Assembly: GCA_002269645.1 (NCBI GenBank)
Contig: NIVC01000406.1
Span: 563,481-627,480 of the forward strand
DNA length: 64,000 nt
Reading direction: 5' to 3'
Origin: Macrostomum lignano
Lineage: Eukaryota
Both the position numbers and the translations under genes were made by a program. The notes beneath the pieces were generated by a model, which was not told the DNA's origin, did no database searches, and saw only the letters and a program-made list of their open reading frames with translations. Below, piece by piece: positions 22,199 through 33,068 of this stretch. The stretch's first letter is position 1, and every line of letters begins with the position of its first letter.

Positions 22199-22888
22199 AC
22201 TTCCAGCTGATGGCAGCAAACTGGCTGGATAGATACTCAGAGTAGCCATCTTGGTGATTTTTTTGTCATTTTTGCTGAACTTTTCTTAACAATTTCTGTT
22301 CATCTGCAATCGTCTCTGTTTGCTCCGTTTCTCTCCCTCTGACCAGTTCAGTCTTGTCATTCTTATCTCTTCCTCGCTGCCTTCTGATTGGCTGCTCAAC
22401 CTCGCCTCTTTCCCCAGTCCTGCACTCCACCCCTCACCCCTCCTTTTCTTATCTGCACTTAACCTCCTTTAATTTAAGGTCTTTATCTTATTTTTTATTA
22501 CATTAAACTAGAGGGGGGCTAAGTGCCAGAGAAAAGTAGGATTGAAGTGCGCAACTGAGAAAAGAGGCGAGATTGAAGAGCCAATCAGAAGGCAGTGAGG
22601 GAGAGAGATAAGAATATAACAAGACTGAACTGGATAGGTACGGAGAGAAAACACAGTAAACAGAGAGACGAGTGAGTGCAGATGAACGTTTGTTCTAAAA
22701 ATAGCATGCCTATCCGCCTTTAACCCACCTCTAGGCTGTTGCGTGTACATTTGCATTATGTACATTTTTCTATTTTTACAGATTCTATAAAAATTTTACT
22801 TCTAGCTCGTAATTCTTTAAGCAACGGTAACGACATATTGAAAAATGCACGCTGGATTTAAAACTACTTTTCTGCAAATTAAACTATG

Positions 22889-24121
22889 CTCAGCAACAGT
22901 CAAAAGTTCCACCCCTATCACGCCTAGTCAGAGATAACTTCTCGCTCACAATTCAACCCGCGAGTTTCGCAACTACGCCGCGAGGAGGGTGATTGAATCA
23001 ATAATAAACGCCAGTCGCACAAAATCACAAGTTTATTTTTATGCAATATGCAGTTAGAATCGCAATGCTTAATACCGCGTGTGGGAACCACTCGCACGCA
23101 GAAGAGCGGCGACTCTGCGGGGCATCCCCAAGATGAGGCGGCGCAGAAAGTCCCGGGGAAGTTGCTGCCAAGCGTTTGCAATGGCGTGACGTAGCAGTTG
23201 CAGTTGCCAACTCCTCCGAAAGCAGCGTCGGCAAACGGTAGGAACCGAGTCTGCAGAAGATCTGCGTAGCTATTAGCGTTCACGTTGGCATCCAGGAAGA
23301 CGATATTCGTCCTGGCTCTCAGCGCACTGTACATTCTGCTGCAGCATCTCCTGCCGCGGTTCTCGCCAAACGCGGGTGCGACCATCTGCTTGGAAAAGTC
23401 GGAACCGGCTCTCATCAGTGAAAACAACGCGTCGCCACTGCTGCTGCCTCCAGTGGACGCGCTGCATCGCCGACTGCTCTCGGCTGGCGATGTGGGCAGG
23501 ACTGAGTCGAGGCCGCTTGCGCATCTTGCGAGAGCGGAGGCTGCCTCCCGAATTCGAAGTCGAACTGTCTGGGCGCTCAGGATATTTCCTGCTCTGGGAA
23601 ACCCCACATCAGACGGAGCAGGGTGGCTGGCAGGGTGGGAGTTCGCCTTAATATTCGCAGCAGACGGCGATTTGCTCTGGCTGTTGAGCCACGGAGATCA
23701 AGGCGCTGTTGTGTTCTAATTGACACAGAGAGTTTCGTTTGATTGAAGCTTTTGAGCTCAGAGATACACATCTCGCTCACAATAAATTTATAGAGATCAA
23801 ACTCCTACTTGCACGTTGCAATCTCCTACTCATTCATGTCTGAGTACAGTACGAGCGTATACGCCCACGCATTCAATAAGGCCAATAGTTCATTGTCAGT
23901 AGTCAATTCATTGCGCGAGCATTGTCAATCACAACAGGCGCTGACTGCCTTTCGCAGCGTGCTCCACGCTGCCAGTCTCACGGGACTTTGTCAGCAGTTT
24001 TAGAATTGCCGCTCGCGATCTTCCAAATCTGCGAGCAACTTCTCTGATGGACACACCGACTTCCAGCATTCCAACAGCACGCCATCGTTCAGCATTAATC
24101 ATTTGCCGGACTATTTTTGAA

Positions 24122-24156
<35 letters not shown>

Positions 24157-24330
24157 ATTAAACTGAACATTTGTCCTTTTAAAGTTACGCAGTCTTGTAC
24201 CATTACACAGACCCAAGCCCCCCCCCCCAAGTGACAATAAGCTTCGCTGTGTGCCGCAACTTGAGTCAGTCACAATAGGTGAGAAAAATTCCATCTCGCT
24301 TGGAGGGTGGAAATTTTGACTGTTGCTGAG
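22889..24330 (-). mobile_element. Tc1/mariner transposon, degenerate and internally deleted
   Basis: TIRs CTCAGCAACAGTCAAAAGTTCCACCC (left) and AGGGTGGAAATTTTGACTGTTGCTGAG (right), inserted in a TA run that is empty in copy A (about 10849). Pieces: HTH (VGVSIREVARRFG), WRRVVFTDESRF and C-terminal IANAWQQLPGDFLRRLILGMPRRV. The D34E region appears deleted. Contains (TG)n at 24124-24155. Confidence 0.9.
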
Positions 24331-25183
24331 TATATACTTATAAGCTCTTCTTAGCGTGCGACACTAATTAATTTGTCTGGATCTTCACGCACTCTGCTTT
24401 GGGCCTGAAGCCCAGAAGTTCCTGAGGCAAAAAGCGTCGCCTAGCCTCTTTGAAGACACTGATTCAATATTCTTCAAGCCCGCGTATTTGTTGAGCCCCG
24501 TTGAAGGAATCCATACTACTCAGACTTGAGACTTCGATAGTAAACAAGATTTATTGATTCTGCACTAGCCAGTATTTGGCGAGATGTTGGGAATTTGCTG
24601 ACTGCAAACTGAAATGCTTGCTCAGGTCTATTGTTGACTGGTTCTTCGGTTGCATTGTGCTTCTTTGAGTAGCTAGTCAACATTGTCACTGTTTAATCTC
24701 GGCTTCTTAAATCTCTGTTTTATTCCTGAATATCGGGTTTCCAGCTGCTGCTGCATGCTGGCGGTGGGGTTGTATGCTATTTTACTAGACTTGGTCAAAA
24801 TATGCGGCCAAAATATGCAGCTCAGCTGTCATATAATCGTACTACACAGGCTACCATTATTCCACTTCGCCACATACGAAGAAAATTTAAAATGTAATTT
24901 AGAATTAATTGACCGACCGCACCAAACGAGTGGTCTAATAAGTAGTTTGGTTTTCTGCAATTCTGCACGTTGAATCAAAAAGGCATTGCATATCCGATTT
25001 TCTCGATATTGCAGCTTGCAGAAACGGGCAGGCTGGCAAAGGCGGCAGAAATCCAGGAAATAAAAATACGAAAACAATGCAAAGTTAGGTGAAGATCAAA
25101 CAATATAGTTTATTTCAAACACCCATTAAAGAAGGGTCACAAAACCGAATCTTATTAATGTTTTAGAAGATGAAACAATCCAT

Positions 25184-28100
25184 TTAACCACGTCTGGCGG
25201 CACGTCTAAGGTTGCGTCTGGCGCGTCTGGCACGACGACCACCTCTTCTCACATCGCGGCTTCTGCGGGCACGTCTGGCGGCGCGTCTACGGATGCGTCT
25301 GGCGCGTCTGGCAATGCGTCTACGGATGCGTCTGGCGCGTCTGGCACGACGACCACCTCTTCTCACATCGCGGCTTCTGCGGGCACGTCTTGCGGCGCGT
25401 CTAAGGTTGCGTCTGGCGCGTCTGGCACGACGACCACCTCTTCTCACATCGCGGCTTCTGCGGGAACGTCTTGCAGCGCGTCTAAGGTTGCGTCTCGCGC
25501 GTCTGGCACGACGACCACCTCTTCTCACATCGCGGCTTCTGCGGGCACGTCTTGCAGCGCGTCTACGGATGCGTCTGGCGCGTCTAACACGACGACCACC
25601 TCTTCTCACATCGCGGCTTCTGCGGGCACGTCTTGCAGCGCGTCTAAGGTTGCGTCTGGCGCGTCTGGCACGACGACCACCTCTTCTTACATCGCGGCTT
25701 CTGCGGGCACGTCTTGCAGCGCGTCTAAGGTTGCGTCTGGCGCGTCTGGCACGACGACCACCTCTTCTCACATCGCGGCTTCTGCGGGCACGTCTGGCGA
25801 CGCGTCTACGGATGCGTCTGGCGCGTCTGGCAATGCGTCTACGGATGCGTCTGGCGCGTCTGGCACGACGACCACCTCTTCTCACATCGCGGCTTCTGCG
25901 GGCACGTCTTGCGGCGCGTCTACGGATGCGTCTGGCGCGTCTGGCAATGCGTCTACGGATGCGTCTGGCGCGTCTGGCACGACGACCACCTCTTCTCACA
26001 TCGCGGCTTCTGCGGGCACGTCTTGCAGCGCGTCTAAGGTTGCGTCTGGCGCGTCTGGCACGACGACCACCTCTTCTTACATCGCGGCTTCTGCGGGCAC
26101 GTCCGGCGGCGCGTCTAAGGTTGCGTCTGGCGCGTCTGACACGACGACCACCTCTTCTTACATCGCGGCTTCTGCGGGAACGTCTAGCAATGCGTCTACG
26201 GATGCGTCTGGCGCGTCTGGCAATGCGTCTACGGATGCGTCTGGCGCGTCTGGCACGACGACCACCTCTTCTCACATCGCGGCTTCTGCGGGCACGTCTT
26301 GCGGCGCGTCTAAGGTTGCGTCTGGCGCGTCTGACACGACGACCACCTCTTCTTACATCGCGGCTTCTGCGGGAACGTCTAGCAATGCGTCTACGGATGC
26401 GTCTGGCGCGTCTGGCACGACGACCACCTCTTCTCACATCGCGGCTTCTGCGGGCACGTCTTGCAGCGCGTCTAAGGTTGCGTCTGGCGCGTCTGGCACG
26501 ACGACCACCTCTTCTTACATCGCGGCTTCTGCGGGCACGTCCGGCTGCGCGTCTAAGGTTGCGTCTGGCGCGTCTGACACGACGACCACCTCTTTTCACA
26601 TCGCGGCTTCTGCGGGCACGTCTTGCAGCGCGTCTAAGGTTGCGTCTGGCGCGTCTGGCACGACGACCACCTCTTCTTACATCGCGGCTTCTGCGGGCAC
26701 GTCTTGCAGCGCGTCTAAGGTTGCGTCTGGCGCGTCTGGCACGACGACCACCTCTTCTCACATCGCGGCTTCTGCGGGCACGTCTGGCGACGCGTCTACG
26801 GATGCGTCTGGCGCGTCTGGCAATGCGTCTACGGATGCGTCTGGCGCGTCTGGCACGATGACCACCTCTTCTCACATCGCGGCTTCTGCGGGCACGTCTT
26901 GCGGCGCGTCTACGGATGCGTCTGGCGCGTCTGGCAATGCGTCTACGGATGCGTCTGGCGCGTCTGGCACGACGACCACCTCTTCTCACATCGCGGCTTC
27001 TGCGGGCACGTCTTGCAGCGCGTCTAAGGTTGCGTCTGGCGCGTCTGGCACGACGACCACCTCTTCTTACATCGCGGCTTCTGCGGGCACGTCCGGCGGC
27101 GCGTCTAAGGTTGCGTCTGGCGCGTCTGACACGACGACCACCTCTTCTTACATCGCGGCTTCTGCGGGAACGTCTAGCAATGCGTCTACGGATGCGTCTG
27201 GCGCGTCTGGCAATGCGTCTACGGATGCGTCTGGCGCGTCTGGCACGACGACCACCTCTTCTCACATCGCGGCATCTGCGGGCACGTCTTGCAGCGCGTC
27301 TACGGATGCGTCTGGCGCGTCTAACACGACGACCACCTCTTCTCACATCGCGGCTTCTGCGGGCACGTCTTGCAGCGCGTCTAAGGTTGCGTCTGGCGCG
27401 TCTGGCACGACGACCACCTCTTCTTACATCGCGGCTTCTGCGGGCACGTCCGGCTGCGCGTCTAAGTTTGCGTCTGGCGCGTCTGACACGACGACCACCT
27501 CTTTTCACATCGCGGCTTCTGCGGGAACGTCTTGCAGCGCGTCTACGGATGCGTCTGGCGCGTCTGGCACGACGACCACCTCTTCTCACATCGCGGCTTC
27601 TGCGGGCACGTCTTGCAGCGCGTCTAAGGTTGCGTCTGGCGCGTCTGACACGACGACCACCTCTTCTTACATCGCGGCTTCTGCGGGCACATCTTGCAGC
27701 GCGTCTACGGATGCGTCTGGCGCGTCTAGCAATGCGTCTACGGATGCGTCTGGCGCGTCTAACACGACGACCACCTCTTCTCACATCGCGGCTTCTGCGG
27801 GCACGTCTTGCAGCGCGTCTTAGGTTGCGTCTCGCGCGTCTGACACGACGACCACCTCTTCTCACATCGCGGCTTCTGCGGGAACGTCTTGCAGCGCGTC
27901 TAAGGTTGCGTCTGGCGCGTCTGGCACGACGACCACCTCTTCTCACATCGCGGCTTCTGCGGGCACGTCTGGCGACGCGTCTACGGATGCGTCTGGCGCG
28001 TCTGGCAATGCGTCTACGGATGCGTCTGGCGCGTCTAACACGACGACCACCTCTTCTCACATCGCGGCTTCTGCGGGCACGTCTTGCAGCGCGTCTAAGG

Positions 28101-30939
28101 TTGCGTCTGGCGCGTCTGGCACGACGACCACCTCTTCTCACATCGCGGCTTCTGCGGGCGCGTCTGGCAATGCGTCTACGGATGCGTCTGGCGCGTCTAA
28201 CACGACGACCACCTCTTCTCACATCGCGGCTTCTGCGGGCACGTCTTGCGGCGCGTCTAAGGTTGCGTCTGGCGCGTCTGACACGACGACCACCTCTTCT
28301 TACATCGCGGCTTCTGCGGGAACGTCTAGCAATGCGTCTACGGATGCGTCTGGCGCGTCTAGCAATGCGTCTACGGATGCGTCTTGCGCGTCTGACACGA
28401 CGACCACCTCTTCTCACATCGCGGCTTCTGCGGGCACGTCTTGCAGCGCGTCTAAGGTTGCGTCTCGCGCGTCTGGCACGACGACCACCTCTTCTCACAT
28501 CGCGGCTTCTGCGGGAACGTCTTGCAGCGCGTCTAAGGTTGCGTCTGGCGCGTCTGGCACGACGACCACCTCTTCTCACATCGCGGCTTCTGCGGGCGCG
28601 TCTAGCAATGCGTCTACGGATGCGTCTGGCGCGTCTGGCACGACGACCACCTCTTCTTACATCGCGGCTTCTGCGGGCACGTCTGGCGGCGCGTCTACGG
28701 ATGCGTCTGACGCGTCTGGCAATGCGTCTACGGATGCGTCTGGCGCGTCTGGCACGACGACCACCTCTTCTCACATCGCGGCTTCTGCGGGCACGTCTGG
28801 CGGCGCGTCTACGGATGCGTCTTGCGCGTCTAGCAATGCGTCTACGGATGCGTCTGGCGCGTCTGGCACGACGACCACCTCTTCTCACATCGCGGCTTCT
28901 GCGGGCACGTCTGGCGGCGCGTCTAAGGTTGCGTCTGGCGCGTCTAACACGACGACCACCTCTTCTCACATCGCGGCTTCTGCGGGCACGTCTTGCAGCG
29001 CGTCTTAGGTTGCGTCTCGCGCGTCTGACACGACGACCACCTCTTCTCACATCGCGGCTTCTGCGGGAACGTCTTGCAGCGCGTCTAAGGTTGCGTCTGG
29101 CGCGTCTGGCACGACGACCACCTCTTCTCACATCGCGGCTTCTGCGGGCACGTCTGGCGACGCGTCTACGGATGCGTCTGGCGCGTCTGGCAATGCGTCT
29201 ACGGATGCGTCTGGCGCGTCTAACACGACGACCACCTCTTCTCACATCGCGGCTTCTGCGGGCACGTCTTGCAGCGCGTCTAAGGTTGCGTCTGGCGCGT
29301 CTGGCACGACGACCACCTCTTCTCACATCGCGGCTTCTGCGGGCGCGTCTGGCAATGCGTCTACGGATGCGTCTGGCGCGTCTAACACGACGACCACCTC
29401 TTCTCACATCGCGGCTTCTGCGGGCACGTCTTGCGGCGCGTCTAAGGTTGCGTCTGGCGCGTCTGACACGACGACCACCTCTTCTTACATCGCGGCTTCT
29501 GCGGAACGTCTAGCAATGCGTCTACGGATGCGTCTGGCGCGTCTAGCAATGCGTCTACGGATGCGTCTTGCGCGTCTGACACGACGACCACCTCTTCTCA
29601 CATCGCGGCTTCTGCGGGCACGTCTTGCAGCGCGTCTAAGGTTGCGTCTCGCGCGTCTGGCACGACGACCACCTCTTCTCACATCGCGGCTTCTGCGGGA
29701 ACGTCTTGCAGCGCGTCTAAGGTTGCGTCTGGCGCGTCTGGCACGACGACCACCTCTTCTCACATCGCGGCTTCTGCGGGCGCGTCTAGCAATGCGTCTA
29801 CGGATGCGTCTGGCGCGTCTGGCACGACGACCACCTCTTCTTACATCGCGGCTTCTGCGGGCACGTCTGGCGGCGCGTCTACGGATGCGTCTGACGCGTC
29901 TGGCAATGCGTCTACGGATGCGTCTGGCGCGTCTGGCACGACGACCACCTCTTCTCACATCGCGGCTTCTGCGGGCACGTCTGGCGGCGCGTCTACGGAT
30001 GCGTCTTGCGCGTCTAGCAATGCGTCTACGGATGCGTCTGGCGCGTCTGGCACGACGACCACCTCTTCTCACATCGCGGCTTCTGCGGGCACGTCTGGCG
30101 GCGCGTCTAAGGTTGCGTCTGGCGCGTCTAACACGACGACCACCTCTTCTCACATCGCGGCTTCTGCGGGAACGTCTAGCAATGCGTCTACGGATGCGTC
30201 TGGCGCGTCTGGCACGACGACCACCTCTTCTCACATCGCGGCTTCTGCGGGCACGTCTTGCAGCGCGTCTAAGGTTGCGTCTGGCGCGTCTGACACGACG
30301 ACCACCTCTTCTCACATCGCGGCTTCTGCGGGCACGTCTTGCAGCGCGTCTAAGGTTGCGTCTCGCGCGTCTGGCACGACGACCACCTCTTCTCGCATCG
30401 CGGCTTCTTCGGGCGCGTCTAGCAATGCGTCTACGGATGCGTCTGGCGCGTCTGACACGACGAACACCTCTTCTCACATCGCGGCTTCTGCGAGCACGTC
30501 TTGCAGCGCGTCTACGGATGCGTCTGGCGCGTCTGGCACGACGACCACCTCTTCTTACATCGCGGCTTCTGCGGGCGCGTCTGGCGGCGCGTCGGTTCTG
30601 CCGCCTGGATTGGCGGCGACTCTGCCTCTCGCTTCTTCTGTCCCTTCTTTCCTCTGCGCTCCTCCTTGGCGGTCTTCTGCAAGGCTTCTGAGCCATAGCG
30701 GGCTTCTTAGCGGATCCAGCAATGGCCGCAGCTTTAGCGGCTGCTTGCTTCTTCAGCTTATTCTTCGCATTCGGTGGTGGCGCTGAGAGCTGAAAATTGC
30801 AAATGATTTTCGTAATTATTCAAAATTGAAGCTGCCATTAGTGCTACATACGTACGAGCGTAGTTATGTGCAACAGAGTTCAACTTACCACTAGCGTGCA
30901 AAGCAGCGCGGCGCAAGCTGCCAACAGAATAAGTCTCAT
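25184..30939 (-). CDS. Secreted Arg-rich repeat protein, copy B; exons 30939-30889 and 30789-25184; about 1885 aa if a 1-bp deletion at about 29503 is corrected, otherwise about 451 aa
   Basis: Same signal-peptide exon, 99-nt intron and AATAAA (25114-25109) as copy A. ORFs 29485..30696 and 25184..29407 are separated by one missing G (GCGGAAC versus GCGGGAAC). Confidence 0.8.
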
Positions 30940-32375
30940 GTTTGAGCTGCTTGGGAGCTGACTGGATTGAATTTCGGAAGCCCCAAAACGGACTTACTTT
31001 TATGCTGTTGTTGAGTTTGACACCCCCGCCGGTGGCCGTTTCTTCACCTGCCGGATGGCAACTGCTGAGCTGACAGACTGTCGAATTTTTTACATTTGTT
31101 TGCACGCTGCTTCGCACTGGAAGTTCGGGCAGCTTGAATGCCGTTCATTTTTCGACAATTTCGTTTGTTTTGTTCGACTCTGCTGACTAGTGCAAAAGAA
31201 TTCTCAAGAACCAAATAATCCTCCCTACTCTCAAGACATTACGGCCTTGTCGTTTTGGTGACTTTTGCTGTGCTGAGCAAACACGGGACTGAAGTGGCGC
31301 TTGTTTGACAGCAGAATCTGCAGGTGCGACTCCTCAAACATGCGAAAAGTTGCTAAGGCGATCGATTTTGACTAAGAGTTTTTTGCGACTCAAACGTTCA
31401 TGCTCACACTGAAGAGTAAATTGCAAGAAACCACTTTTGCAATTCGATGATTAAGAATTTTGGTTGACGTCAGCACTGCATTCAAAATATCTTTGTATCC
31501 TTGATGCGAGAGCTCTCATAATGCCGTTGCGGGTAGGGATTTTTCAGGCCAGTGACTGACTGATGCCGTGGGGGTCACGAAAACTGTAAAAGGTTTATCA
31601 AGTAGCTCACACCAGTGTGGCAGATTATTAAATTCCCCAGATTATGATTCCTGATAGTAATGTATGCCTGTGTTCCTTTAGCACTGCGGTTCTTGCCGCC
31701 TCTCAACCTCTTCGTCAGGGGTGAGGCGGCTAGAACGATCCGGCGTCTACTAGAACTCTCCTAATCAGAGAGCAACATAGCTGCTGTCGACACCGAGGGA
31801 CCTCCCGGGGCGGCGCAAACCCTTCGTCCATAGCGACGAATCGGCCGTTCAGGGATTAGCGGAGTGGGCGTTCGTGCCTTCCCGCTGTGTCCCCTCCGGG
31901 ACAGCCCTGCAGCTAAGTAAGTCAAGATGTATGCCTGGCTTCTTTGAGCACTGTGGATCTTGCCATAAGTAGATGTCCAGCTGAATTGCTGTGGAGGTCT
32001 GTTTTCAGACTGTCAAAAAATGATTTAAAAAGCTTTAATCCGCTAAAAGTTGAGTATCTGGTATCAGTGAAATCGCTTTTGGGTTCACAAAACATTTTAC
32101 CAATATTTCACCCTGTCACATACTACACAAATTACAATAGCGTTTGCGACGCAAGTTGCAGGAAGGAGCATCTGAGAAACATTGAAAAACTAGGATCAGT
32201 TCGTGTGGAAGAGCATAGTAGGTATTTCTCTGAATTCTGAATCCCGATATCGGTAAATCCTGAATGTAAACTCGGCTGTTCGGGACGAATCGAAACAATT
32301 TTTGTCTGTCAGAAGTCGCCTAAATGATGAGTCTCCAGGTAGCCTGCAATCTTCTAAAATTGTCCAGAATGTAGC

Positions 32376-32650
32376 CGAATCCCGTAACTACTTGTCTCAA
32401 GATCCCGTACCTAATTGTCCCGAGACCCCGTTACCTACTTGTCCCGAGATCCCGTACCTACTTGTTCCGATATCCCGTTACCTACTTGTCCCGAGATCTC
32501 GTTCCATACTTGTCCTGAGATCCCGTGACATAGTTGTCCTGAGATCCCATCCCATCTTTTTTCTGAAATCCCGTTCCATCCTTGTCCTGAGGTCCCGTTC
32601 CATACTTGTCCTGAGGTCCCGTTACATACTTGTCCCAAGATCCTTTCTCA
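32376..32650. repeat. Degenerate minisatellite of about 24 bp (GATCCCGT...TACTTGTCC)
   Basis: About 10 imperfect tandem units. Confidence 0.8.
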
Positions 32651-33068
32651 AAAAATATTATCACATCCAGACCCAAAAAGCTTGTCCCGTTCTAGAGCAA
32701 GTCCTCTCAGTGTAAAATTTGTCATCACCCGTTTCCTAGGCAACTAATTGACTTGTGTCTTGTCAATCACCGGACAGAATGGGTTCTACTTATTACAGTT
32801 GCTGTGCAGAGTGCTGCTTTCGGAGTGTCCCTCATGCAACAGCTTCTTTCATCCATCCAAAGGAAATGAATAGAATAGAAAAACTCAACACGCGGTGAAA
32901 GCCGAACTCGACTAAGCAGCATGGAAATGGAAAAAACATCACTTGTAAAACCGGTGTCCATTAGCCGATCTCAATGCATTAAGGCCTGACAGCTTTAGTA
33001 TAAATGTTTACCAGAAACCTTTCCGAAACACAACCGATTCACTTTGTCACTTCTGCTTCTGGAAGAGA

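Larger units (their letters stand above)
19976..31753. repeat. Segmental duplication, copy B
   Basis: Paralog of 9332-17268. It carries an intact FReD gene, a Tc1 insertion and a longer Arg-repeat array. Confidence 0.93.

Noticed and set aside
26858-27823. Mucin-like Ser/Ala/Thr ORF on the plus strand
   Set aside because: Antiparallel to the Arg frame. Variants change its first codon positions and create TAG stops at 27821 and 29006.
31770-31925. HDV-like or hammerhead ribozyme in a GC-rich structured patch
   Set aside because: Hairpins and a GCTAA motif exist on the minus strand, but I could not fit P3/L3/P1.1 or a CUGANGA...GAAA core. An Infernal or RNArobo scan would settle it.
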